Shown here: positions 1-9,419 of the stretch, piece after piece | Position numbering within the stretch: the first letter of the stretch is position 1 | How the letters are laid out: each line of letters opens with the position of its first letter | DNA from: Lacipirellula sp. | Lineage (GTDB): Bacteria > Planctomycetota > Planctomycetia > Pirellulales > Lacipirellulaceae | DNA length: 38,381 bases | NCBI GenBank assembly: GCA_041750715.1 | Contig: JBGSYU010000713.1 | Location: 1 to 38,381, forward strand | Direction of reading: 5' to 3' | Program-made: the position numbers and the translations under genes | Notes under the pieces: generated by a model | The model's input: the letters and a program-made list of their open reading frames with translations, nothing else | The model's database searches: none | Told to the model about the DNA's origin: nothing

Positions 1-657
1 CTACCCGCCGGCATGTACTTGGAATGGAGCGGACAGTTTGAGCACCAGGTCCGCGCTCGGCGCACGCTGTCGGTGTTGTTTCCGCTAGTCATCGCGCTCA
101 TCTTCTTGATTCTGTACATCACCTACCACGACTTCGTCGACACGGTGCTCGTCATGGGACTCGCCGTGCCCGGGGCGATCGCGGGCGGCGTGTTGTTCCA
201 GTGGCTCTTTGGGTTCAACTTCAGCGTCGCCGTGTGGGTGGGATACATCGCTTGCTTTGGGCTTGCCACCGAAAACGGACTGGTGATGCTAGTGTACTTG
301 CGCGAAGCCATCGAAGAGCGCGGCGGTCTGGAAAATATGACCCTCGAAGAAGTTCGCGAGGCGGTTATGCAAGGGGCCGTGCATCGCACGCGACCCAAGC
401 TGCTCACCGAGCTGACGACGATGGTCGGCCTCGCGCCGATGCTCTGGGCCACCGGCACGGGATCGGAACTCATGCGACCCATGGCGGCCCCCGTACTCGG
501 GGGAATTCTAGTGTCCGACGAGGTCGTCGACTTGTTGTTGCCGGTCTTGTTCTATCAGGTTCGCCGCTGGCGCTGGAATCGCATCCATCGACGCCAGCCG
601 GCCGGCGCACCGGTCCTTACTGAACGAACTTATGAGCCCGCTACGCCGGGCGTTTGA
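1..657 (+). CDS. cusA: CusA/CzcA-family heavy-metal efflux RND permease, C-terminal part (gene starts before window)
   Basis: Frame is open from base 1. LEWSGQFE, FSVAVWVGYIACFG, GAVHRTRPKLLT and GTGSELMRPMAAPVLGG are typical of the last TM helices of CusA-type HME-RND pumps. Adjacent to a Cu-ATPase gene. Confidence 0.9.
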   Translation, partial: LPAGMYLEWSGQFEHQVRARRTLSVLFPLVIALIFLILYITYHDFVDTVLVMGLAVPGAIAGGVLFQWLFGFNFSVAVWVGYIACFGLATENGLVMLVYLREAIEERGGLENMTLEEVREAVMQGAVHRTRPKLLTELTTMVGLAPMLWATGTGSELMRPMAAPVLGGILVSDEVVDLLLPVLFYQVRRWRWNRIHRRQPAGAPVLTERTYEPATPGV

Positions 658-695
658 CGTCACGAGTTGGAACCACCATTTTAAGGAGTGAATCG

Positions 696-1073
696 ATGTC
701 ACGCTTCATGACCGCAGTCGCTATGGGATGTGCAATGATCTCGGCTGGTATGCTGTCGGGGTGCAATGCCAAATCGAAACCGGCGCCAGTTCAGGACGCC
801 GCGACGACCGATTCGGCGGTCGACGAGGAGCCGCAGTCCGAAATCGATGGCGAACTTGCCAAGTTATCCGATGCAGACCGAACGCTGGCCGAGGTTCAGA
901 AGGTGTGTCCGGTGAGCGGAGAACCGCTAGGGTCGATGGGTGCGCCGATCGAGGTTACGGTCGAAGGCCGGAGCCTATTCGTTTGCTGCGAAGGGTGCGT
1001 CGAAGACGCCAAGAAGAACTTCGACCAGTACATCGCGGAGCTAGAATCGGCTTCTGCCTCAACCGCTGAATAG
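696..1073 (+). CDS. Lipoprotein with YHS/TRASH-like metal-binding domain
   Basis: AAGGAG RBS before ATG 696; lipobox LSGC; QKVCPVSGEPLGSMG...FVCCEGC motif, as in small proteins found beside Cus loci. Confidence 0.75.
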   Translation: MSRFMTAVAMGCAMISAGMLSGCNAKSKPAPVQDAATTDSAVDEEPQSEIDGELAKLSDADRTLAEVQKVCPVSGEPLGSMGAPIEVTVEGRSLFVCCEGCVEDAKKNFDQYIAELESASASTAE

Positions 1074-1270
1074 GAGGCCGCTGAATGGGAGGCTGCAAGT
1101 GAGTTCCCGCGCCCGCTTAGTCGTTAAGGCACGCCTGGAAGAAACATGCCGAGCGTGTGGGACCCACGGCTGCCTCGATGGCGCCTGCAAGGAGTGCTAA
1201 TTTCCCTGTTCGACGTGCGGCTGGTCTTCGTCTTCCTTGATGAAACCCTCGCATTCAAGGAGAGATTAAA

Positions 1271-3616
1271 ATGGCTTCGACAAAAGATCCCGTCTGCGGG
1301 ATGAACGTGGACGAAGAAACGGCGGTCGACGCGGTCCAACTCTCCGGAAAGACGCATTTCTTCTGCAGCAAGGGCTGCGCTGCGCGGTTTCGCGCGAATC
1401 CGGATCGCTACCTTGCCGGCGGCGCCGATCCGATGCACAAAACGGATGAGCATGGCTCGCACGCTCCCTCGCAGCTCCATTCCATCGAGACCGATCAAGC
1501 CGACGAAGCGACGTACACCTGCCCGATGCACCCAGAGATCGTGCGCGACGAGCCTGGGAGCTGCCCAAAATGCGGCATGGCCCTCGAACCGCGGACCGTA
1601 ACCGCGGAAGAGTCCCATCCCGAGCTTGTCGATATGACGCGCCGGTTTTGGATTAGTGCGATTCTGACCGTGCCGCTGGTCACCTTGGCCATGTCGCGGA
1701 TGTTCCTCGCGGACCAATTGCACGCTTGGCTGCCTGGACGGGCGCTCTCGTTCGTCGAATTCGCTCTCGCCACGCCGGTGGTGCTGTGGTGCGGCTGGCC
1801 GTTCTTCGTGCGGATGTGGCAATCGCTGGTTAATCGCTCGCCGAACATGTTTACACTCATCGGCATCGGCACGGGAACCGCCTACGCCTATAGCGCGGTC
1901 GCCGCGATCTTTCCCGGACTGTTTCCGGCCTCCTTCCGCACCCACGGCGACGTCGGATTGTACTTCGAAGCCGCCGCGGTAATCGTGACGCTGGTGCTGC
2001 TGGGACAGGTGCTCGAACTTCGGGCCCGAAGTCAAACGGGGGCCGCGATTCGTGGTTTGCTCGGCCTATCGCCGAAGACCGCGCGTCGCGTCACGCCGGG
2101 CGGCGACGACGAGGAGATTCCGCTCAACCACGTCAACGTCGGAGATTCGCTCCGCGTACGGCCCGGCGAAAAGGTTCCTGTCGACGGCCTTGTAGCCGAA
2201 GGCAGCAGCTACGTCGACGAGTCGATGATCACCGGCGAGCCGATTCCCGTGGAGAAGTAAGGCAATGACCCGGTCATTGGCGGCACGGTGAACGGCGCCG
2301 GCGGGTTTGTCATGCGTGCCGAGCGCGTGGGCAGCGAGACGATGCTCGCGCAAATCGTTCAGATGGTAGCGCAAGCCCAGCGGAGCCGCGCCCCCATTCA
2401 ACGGCTGGCCGACCTGGTCGCCGCCTATTTCGTACCCGCCGTGCTGGCGGTGGCCGTGGCGACGTTTGGCGTATGGGCGACATGGGGTCCGGAGCCGCGA
2501 TTCGCTTACGCGCTCATCAACGCCGTCGCCGTGTTGATCATCGCTTGCCCGTGCGCGCTGGGGCTGGCGACGCCGATGTCGGTCATGGTGGCGGTGGGCC
2601 GCGGAGCGACGGCGGGCGTTTTAGTTAAGAGCGCCGAAGCTCTCGAACGGATGGAGAAAATCAACACGCTGATCGTCGACAAGACCGGCACGCTTACTGA
2701 GGGCAAGCCCAAGCTTGTATCCGTGACGCCCCTGGGGAAGTGGAGCGAACGCGAATTGCTGCAATCGGCCGCGAGTTTGGAAAAAGGGAGCGAACATCCG
2801 CTGGCGGCCGCCATCGTTCGGGGCGCCCACGACCGCGAGATTGAGCTGGCTGACGCCAAGGACTTTCAGTCGATCACGGGCCAGGGCGTGCAGGGCAGCG
2901 TTAACGGCAAGCACGTTGCGGTGGGGAACCGCAGCTTGGTCGAAACGCTTCAACGAGTGCCCGCCGAGGTCGTTGATCGCGCCGAGTCGCTTCGTAGAGA
3001 TGGGCAAACGGTGATGTTGATCGCCATTGAGGGCGAATTGGCCGGTCTCCTTGGCGTGGCCGATCCGATCAAAGAGTCGACGGCCGAGGCGCTGCGCGCA
3101 CTGCGCGAGGAAGGCATCGAAATCATCATGGTCACCGGCGATAGCCGCACGACGGCGCAAGCCGTGGCCGGCAAGCTGGGCATTGACCGCGTCGAGGCCG
3201 AGGTTCTTCCGGAGCAAAAGGTGGAGGTGGTAAAGCGGCTGCAAGCCGAAGGTCGAACCGTAGCGATGGCGGGAGATGGCGTGAACGACGCCCCGGCGCT
3301 CGCCGCGGCGGAAGTCGGAGTTGCGATGGGCACGGGCACGGACGTGGCGATCGAGAGCGCCGGCATCACGCTGGTGAAAGGCGACCTCCGCGGAATTGTC
3401 CGCTCTCGCCGGCTAAGCGAGGCGACGATGCGAAATATTCGTCAGAACTTGTTCTTTGCATTCATCTATAACGCCGTCGGCGTGCCGGTGGCGGCGGGCG
3501 CTCTGTACCCGCTGTTCGGCTTACTCCTCAATCCAATGATTGCGGCCGCCGCGATGAGTCTTAGTTCCGTGTCGGTGATTGCTAACGCACTGCGGCTACG
3601 AGCGGTCCGATTATAA
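1271..3616 (+). pseudogene. copA: Cu(I)-translocating P1B-type ATPase interrupted by a single in-frame TAA (2258-2260)
   Basis: ORFs 1271..2260 and 2288..3616 share a frame; the read-through is [23 protein letters not shown]-terminal YHS (DPVCGM..FCSKGC) and [14 protein letters not shown] domains, CPC, DKTGT, GDGVND, YN and MSLSS motifs. AAGGAG RBS upstream. Confidence 0.9.
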
Positions 3617-4009
3617 AGTTCCCAGGGCATTCATCTCCGGTAGGCCGTCGACCGTGAATTCTTACAATCGTCGATGCGCGAGGAGGAGGTCGCATTGCAC
3701 GACGCCGGCGACGGCCGCCTCGCCATTTTGCCGGCTGGGACTGGTGCGAGCAGCACGCTAAACCGGCCCTCGTAGCCGTCTGCCGGAACGATGCCGGCGA
3801 ATGGCGGTTGCCGCGGGAGCGCTGCTTCGTTATCGCGGCCGCCCCCATTATCGGTATATTCGGACGCGCCGGTCGCGCCGAACGGCTGGCCCGGCGTGCG
3901 TTTTTCTCTCGGTCGTTCGCCGCGACGGGCTAAGATTCTGATGACCGTAGCAGGCGCTTCTATCCGCAGAAGCCTGGTCGCCGCGCTGCGCGACTCGCGA
4001 GTAATTGAG

Positions 4010-4636
4010 ATGGCCGCCAGCACCACGACCGCCGCCGCTGAAAGAACGAACGCCTCGGGCGAGTTCACGATCGATCGCTGCGGCGACTGCGAGTCGAAGA
4101 TCGCGCTTCGCTCGCCGACGGCCGACTCCCCGGCCAGCCCGTGGTTGTGCCGTCGCTGCGGTTCCGTGTATTTCGCTCGTTGCCAGGAGAGAGACGGCAA
4201 GCCGTTCCACGCGGGAACGCGAATGGCGTCGTACTACGAAGTCATGAAGGCGATTTACGTCGAATCGGGGGAGAGCCGTCCCGCCATGACGCAAGCGGAC
4301 GTGCGGCGACTGGTGCAATGCCTCGCCGCACGGACTCACGACGGACCCGAGGTTCGCGGACAGCAGCGACACCTCGTCGCGGCGCCGGTGACGGTCGTAC
4401 CGTTGGACGCCGATTTCCGCGTCGCGGGCCAACCCGCTAAAGCGATGACGATCAACGTTTCCGGCGGCGGCGCGGCGTTGATCCATCCACGGCCGGTCGC
4501 GGAGCCCTACTTGGCGATCGACTTTGCGTCCTCGGGCGTCGAGCTGTTGCCGGCGGTCCTGAAAGTGACGCGCGTCCGCCCCTTGGATGCCGCGCACGAA
4601 GTCGCCGGCGAGTTCGTAAGCCGAATTCTGCATTAG
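4010..4636 (+). CDS. PilZ-domain protein with N-terminal Zn-ribbon (start uncertain: 3941 or 4010)
   Basis: CGDC...CRRC pair, then RGQQR (RxxxR) and NVSGGG (D/NxSxxG) PilZ motifs and a C-terminal beta-rich AGEF end. Confidence 0.7.
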   Translation: MAASTTTAAAERTNASGEFTIDRCGDCESKIALRSPTADSPASPWLCRRCGSVYFARCQERDGKPFHAGTRMASYYEVMKAIYVESGESRPAMTQADVRRLVQCLAARTHDGPEVRGQQRHLVAAPVTVVPLDADFRVAGQPAKAMTINVSGGGAALIHPRPVAEPYLAIDFASSGVELLPAVLKVTRVRPLDAAHEVAGEFVSRILH

Positions 4637-4737
4637 AATCAGGCCGCGAAGCTACCGCGCTGATGGGAGCGCCGCTAGCGGAGCCGTCAGGTTGGTTCGA
4701 GCTTGCCGCTAATACGGCTCATGCGGCGGAATGGCTA

Positions 4738-4752
4738 CGGTATGCCGTTTGC
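4738..4752 (+). promoter_or_regulatory. Putative sigma54 (-24/-12) promoter for yihY
   Basis: CGGTATGCCGTTTGC: GG-N10-GC with TTGC, ~48 nt before ATG 4800. Confidence 0.6.
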
Positions 4753-4799
4753 CAACTTCCCCTCTCTTCGCACATGCCATTCACCGGCCGAGACAAGTC

Positions 4800-5807
4800 A
4801 TGTCACATCCAGGGATGAGCCTGCTATCGGGCCGCACCACCGGGCGCATTCTCAAAGGCGCGATCTACGAGTGGAACGAGGATAAGGTTCCGCGGCGATC
4901 GCCTTCTACGCCGTCTTCTCGCTGACGCCGATCGTCGTCATCGCGTTCAGAATCGCCGAACATCGCTTCGGCTCCGAGGTCGCGCTCCGCGAAATTCTCG
5001 CCCAAGCGGCGTTTCTCATCGGCGCCGAAGGAGTCGCCGCCGTCGAGCTGCTCATACAGCACGGCCAGCCGCGAACCACCAACACGATCGACGCCGCGCT
5101 GGGCATCGGCGCCATGATCTTCGCCGCCACGGGCGTGTTCACCGAGCTGAAGGACTCGCTCAACACGATTTGGGAAGTTCAGCCCAAACCGGGCCTGGGG
5201 CTGTTGCAAATGGTTCGCGATCGGTTCTTTGCGTTTGCCATGGTGCTGGTGATTTGGTTCTTGATGCTGATCTCGCTGGTGACCAGCGCCGCGATGACGG
5301 CGCTGACGCGGTTCGCCGCCGACTATTGGACCGGCTTTCAGGTGATCGAAGCCGCGTTGTCGCTGGCGCTAATCACCGTTCTATTCGCGCTGATTTACAG
5401 GGTAGTGCCCGACGTGAAGGTCGCATGGCGCGACGTGTGGCGAGGCGCCCTGGTCACCGCCGGCCTGTTCGTCATCGGCAAATCGCTGTTCGGCCTGTAC
5501 CTGGGTCACAGCTCGCTGGGCAATAGCTACGGGGCCGCGGGATCGCTGGTGATGGACCTATTACTCGTGCCTGATTTTGCTCTTCGGCGCCGAAATGACG
5601 CAGGTCGAAGCGCGACTGCGCCACGCTCCATTGGAGCCAACTCACGAAGCGGTACACGTCACCGAGCATGCCCGCGTGCAGCAGGGAATTCCGCGAACGG
5701 AGGATATTGAGGAGGCGTTTCATGAAAGCGCACCGCCGCCAAGCAAAAAAGATGGCGGCGACACGAACGCTGCCGCCGCTCAGCGCGAGAGCGCAGGTTC
5801 TGGTTGA
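4800..5807 (+). pseudogene. yihY: YihY/virulence factor BrkB family membrane protein with two frameshifts (~4893 and ~5553)
   Basis: Three consecutive frames join to EWNEDKVPR / AAIAFYAVFSLTP...ATGVFTELKDSLNTIW...YGAAGSLV / WTYYSCLILLFGAE, the characteristic YihY motifs. Confidence 0.85.
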
Positions 5808-7744
5808 TCGATCCAAGTATCTCCCGAAGTTGACCCGCCCGCCGGTTGCGGGCCTTCGCGGAAGTTGGCGTGGAGCGAATCCCAGTCGATGGACAGGCGG
5901 CCGCCGGTGGCTTCATGCTGCTTAGCCCACGCGGTCAACAACTCCAGGCACGCATGGTCGATATATGTCAGCCGATCGAGTTCCACATGCAATTCCGCGT
6001 TGTCCGGCACCTGCTCCAGGGCGGCCGCGAGCTGCGGCAAGCGCACGAAGGTGGCGGCGCCGGCCAGATGCATGACGAATCGCCCGTCGAGTTCGTTCGC
6101 GTCCATCTTCACCTCGAGATGGGAAAACGTGTACAGCAGCTTAGCCGCGGCCAGGGTAATACCCACGATCACCCCGGTCAGCAGGTCTTTGGCGACAATG
6201 GTGATAAGCGTGGCGGCGTAGATGCCGACCTCGCCCCAGCCTGCCTGCCGAAGCTTCTTAATCTCCTTGAAGTTCACCAGTTTGTAGCCGGTATACACCA
6301 ACACGGCCGCGAGGCTGGCGGTGGGAATCATCTGCAGCAGCCCGGCCAGCACGACGACGAACACCAAAATCCACACCCCGTGGAGGATGGATGAAAGCCG
6401 CGTCTTGGCGCCGGCCTGCACGTTCGCCGAGCTGCGAACAATGACGCCGGTCATGGGCAGCGCCCCCAGCAGGCCGCACAACATGTTGCCGACGCCCTGC
6501 GCGGCGAGCTCGCGATCGTAGTTGGTGCGCGAGCCTTGCGAGAGCTGGTCGACCGCGGTGGCGCACAGCAGCGTCTCGGCGCTGGCGACGACGGCGATCA
6601 ACAGCGCCGTCGCCAGCAGGTCGCTCCACGGAGTGCTTTGGATGAGGCTCCAGGTCGGAAAGTGAATGTCGTCGGCCAGATTGGCGGGAATCTCGACATA
6701 CAGTACCGGCAGCAAAAAGTACGCCGCGACCAGCGTGGCGGCGACGATGGCTAAGAGCGGGCCCGGAACCAGCCGCAGCCTGTGCGGCGCGAACTTCAAC
6801 CACAGTACGATCACCGCAATGGTGAGAATGCCCAAACTTGCCGCCAGGCGATGGTTCTTCAGTCGCGAGGCGGCCACGTCGAGCGCGGCGACCGACTCGT
6901 CCTGCGTGCGGACGGCATCGACCGCCTTGCCCGAGTCGAGCGCAGCTTCGGCGTTGCGGCTGCGCTTAACGGCCTCGGCAAGCGCGGCCTTGGCGCGATT
7001 CAAGTGAATGGCGCCTGCGGATTCTTCTTCGACTTCCTCCAGGTCGTCCGCTAGATCGTCGAGCGCCTCGGAAATTCTCGCTTGCTCTTCCACCAAGTCG
7101 TGAAGCCGCGGCTCGACGATGCGGTCGAGCGCTTCGTGGTCGATGTTGTGGTAAGGAATCAGCTCGGCGATGTGCGTGCGGAGATTAATCTGGTCGTGAT
7201 GCAAGTCGCCCGTCGCCTGCAGGGCGTGCGTGCGAAACGCGCGCTCCTGTTTGCCCGAAATTCGCGGGATGCCGACGCCCTTGTACAGGGCCTGCGGAAT
7301 CGTGACGAGGTTCTCCAGCCCGCTGCCGCGCGGCTCGTCGTCGACCATTACATGAAATTGGCCGGCGAAAATCAGCACGCCAATGCCCGCGAGCATGCCG
7401 TGAATCACCGCTGGCGAAACGGCGCGGAACCACGGGCCCAGCCGCAGGGCGCCGGCGGCGATTTGCAGAATGCCGGCCAGCAGCACGACCAGGCCGAGCA
7501 TCTCCAGGCCCAGACGCTGGATGACTTCGTAGACGATCACCGTCAGCCCCGCCGCAGGGCCGCTCACTTGCAGCGGACACCCCGCTAGCGAGCCTGCGAC
7601 AAGTCCGCCGACGATGCCCGTGATCAGTCCCGCGGCCACAGGGGCGCCCGAGGCCAGCGCGACGCCCATGCACAGCGGCAACGCGACGAAAAAGACGACG
7701 ATCGAGGCGAGCAGGTCTTGCTTAAAGTATCTGGTGATCGTCAT
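5780..7744 (-). CDS. SulP/SLC26 family anion (likely bicarbonate) transporter with C-terminal STAS-like domain and a ~138 aa soluble insert
   Basis: DLLASIVVFFVALPLCMGVALASG, QVSGPAAGL, ELAAQGVGN, PMTGVIVRSSAN. Directly downstream of a carbonic anhydrase. Confidence 0.9.
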   Translation of the reverse strand: MTITRYFKQDLLASIVVFFVALPLCMGVALASGAPVAAGLITGIVGGLVAGSLAGCPLQVSGPAAGLTVIVYEVIQRLGLEMLGLVVLLAGILQIAAGALRLGPWFRAVSPAVIHGMLAGIGVLIFAGQFHVMVDDEPRGSGLENLVTIPQALYKGVGIPRISGKQERAFRTHALQATGDLHHDQINLRTHIAELIPYHNIDHEALDRIVEPRLHDLVEEQARISEALDDLADDLEEVEEESAGAIHLNRAKAALAEAVKRSRNAEAALDSGKAVDAVRTQDESVAALDVAASRLKNHRLAASLGILTIAVIVLWLKFAPHRLRLVPGPLLAIVAATLVAAYFLLPVLYVEIPANLADDIHFPTWSLIQSTPWSDLLATALLIAVVASAETLLCATAVDQLSQGSRTNYDRELAAQGVGNMLCGLLGALPMTGVIVRSSANVQAGAKTRLSSILHGVWILVFVVVLAGLLQMIPTASLAAVLVYTGYKLVNFKEIKKLRQAGWGEVGIYAATLITIVAKDLLTGVIVGITLAAAKLLYTFSHLEVKMDANELDGRFVMHLAGAATFVRLPQLAAALEQVPDNAELHVELDRLTYIDHACLELLTAWAKQHEATGGRLSIDWDSLHANFREGPQPAGGSTSGDTWIDQPEPALSR

Positions 7745-7753
7745 CGGAAAACC

Positions 7754-7817
7754 TGTAGCCGGCCTCTATGAGGCCGGTATTCACCCGAGGCCGCCGGGGT
7801 CGCAGACCCCGGCTACA
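7754..7817. repeat. GTAG-type REP doublet (REPIN-like)
   Basis: TGTAG-CCGGCCTC-TAT-GAGGCCGG and, inverted, TGTAG-CCGGGGTC-TGC-GACCCCGG fill the 74 bp CA-SulP gap. Confidence 0.75.
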
Positions 7818-7818
7818 A

Positions 7819-8484
7819 TTAAATCGCGCGCAGCTCCGCCGTCAACGCATGAGCTTGCAGGCTGGGATGTCCCACCGATTCGAACTGCTCCTGTTCCGCA
7901 TCGTAGACGAACACCTGCCCCGACTCGAATTTGTAGACCCACCCGTGGAGCGCCATGCGCTTTCGCCCTATCGCGGCCAGCACGGTCGGGTGCGTGCGTA
8001 GGTTTTCGAGCTGCACGAGCACATTTTCCTCGATCGTCGCCGCCAGCCGGACTGGCCCTTCGCCCAGGTGCGAATAGTTTTCCGAGATGATGCGCGACGT
8101 CGCGTCGGCATGACCCAGCCATTGCCGGACGGCTGGCAGGCGCTCGGTCTCACCGGGGTTCAACAACGCGTTCATCGCCCCGCAATGCGAATGGCCGCAG
8201 ATGACGATGTCTTCCACTCCCAACACGCCGACGGCGTATTCGATGGTCGCCGCTTCGCCGCTGCTAGCCGATCCGTACGGCGGAACGATGTTACCCGCGT
8301 TCCGCATGATGAACAGTTCGCCCGGCTTGGTCTGGGTGAGCATATTGGGATCGATCCGCGAGTCGGAACAAGTGATGAACAGGGCCAGCGGTTTCTGCCC
8401 GTTCACGAGTCGCTGAAAGAATCGCTCCTGCGAGCAGAAGACGTCTTTTTGGAACTTGTGAATGCCGTCGACAAGTTTTTGCAT
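7819..8484 (-). CDS. Beta-class carbonic anhydrase
   Basis: [30 protein letters not shown] (Cys-Asp-His-Cys zinc site), LHGWVY. Confidence 0.95.
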   Translation of the reverse strand: MQKLVDGIHKFQKDVFCSQERFFQRLVNGQKPLALFITCSDSRIDPNMLTQTKPGELFIMRNAGNIVPPYGSASSGEAATIEYAVGVLGVEDIVICGHSHCGAMNALLNPGETERLPAVRQWLGHADATSRIISENYSHLGEGPVRLAATIEENVLVQLENLRTHPTVLAAIGRKRMALHGWVYKFESGQVFVYDAEQEQFESVGHPSLQAHALTAELRAI

Positions 8485-8678
8485 GGCTTGGTCCTCGACG
8501 AACGCGGCGCTGCTACCGAGCGCCGCTACTGGTGATCGCGGGGAGGCAACTTCAACCCCTCCGAACGACGGGATCGAGACTGCAATTACCGTAAGAAAGT
8601 GTGCGAGAAGCTACGACGCGGAGATGCCGGCGCTGCATCTGCCAATGATGGAAACGCAGCCGGCGCGCACTTTCGCGC

Positions 8679-9032
8679 TCAACGGCGCAAGGGAACCGCG
8701 AGTCCCAGAGAGAGCTGGGGCCCAAGGTGCATGGCGGTCGCGTGCAAAGCCGTGCGACGGCAGGGCATCCGCGTCGCCGATGCAACCATGGTGACGCCGG
8801 CGCGGCGATGGGCGGACCCGCGAAGCTTGGTACGCAAGTCGGTCGTGGCGCCTGTGTTGGCAGCCGCTTCCTGAATTTGCGCCTCGTGCTCGGTCTGCCC
8901 GGCGGCGCTAGGAACAGCGCCATAACATAGGAGCGCGGCCGCCATCACAAGAAATCGGCACGCGAATCGCCCGATCCTGGATATTTCCAGGAGGCTGTTC
9001 TCGCGAACGGATGTAAAGGTGGAAGCGGACAT
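8679..9032 (-). CDS. Hypothetical small protein with hydrophobic/signal segment upstream of the CA-SulP operon (start uncertain)
   Basis: ORF in the same direction as CA; FACRFLVMAAALLCYGAVPSAAG hydrophobic stretch followed by a low-complexity basic tail. No recognisable family. Confidence 0.35.
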   Translation of the reverse strand: MSASTFTSVRENSLLEISRIGRFACRFLVMAAALLCYGAVPSAAGQTEHEAQIQEAAANTGATTDLRTKLRGSAHRRAGVTMVASATRMPCRRTALHATAMHLGPQLSLGLAVPLRR

Positions 9033-9223
9033 GCGCTTTTTAGACGTAAGGAACCTCAATCGCATCGCCGAGCGATGATTGGCCACGCCCTCTACTTCTA
9101 GACACAGGTCAAGGATTAGTCAACATGACTCGCGGGCTCGTTCAGCGTTCGTCACGTCAAGTAACCGATCGGCGTCCTCGCAAATATCGCGCCGGAAAAA
9201 TTTTCAGAAAACTGCTGCCTACC

Positions 9224-9265
9224 GCGGCGAATCTCGGACAATGAGCGGCGAATCTCGGACAATGA
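9224..9265. repeat. Perfect 21 bp tandem duplication
   Basis: GCGGCGAATCTCGGACAATGA x2 in the divergent intergenic region. Confidence 0.9.
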
Positions 9266-9419
9266 CCAGTAGTGCTGCCGGTCAGTTTCACCGAGCGAAT
9301 AGGCGGATGGTATCGCAACCGGATCGCCAATCCGGGTTACTGCGACGTTGCCTCGGGATATAATGCCTACTCGCCCGCAGGGCGTACGGGTCGTCCATTC
9401 GAACCGCGAGAACCACGAC

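Noticed and set aside
2258-2260. Programmed read-through or recoding of the copA stop
   Set aside because: The codon is TAA (not TGA/TAG), other genes here end in TAA normally, and no recoding signal is evident.
1-3616. Copper locus as a mobile resistance island
   Set aside because: No transposase, integrase, terminal repeat or obvious compositional break is visible at its right edge; the left edge is outside the window.
9224-9265. CRISPR array (also considered at 21404 and 27503-27562)
   Set aside because: Only two copies each, adjacent or with one short spacer, and no cas genes.
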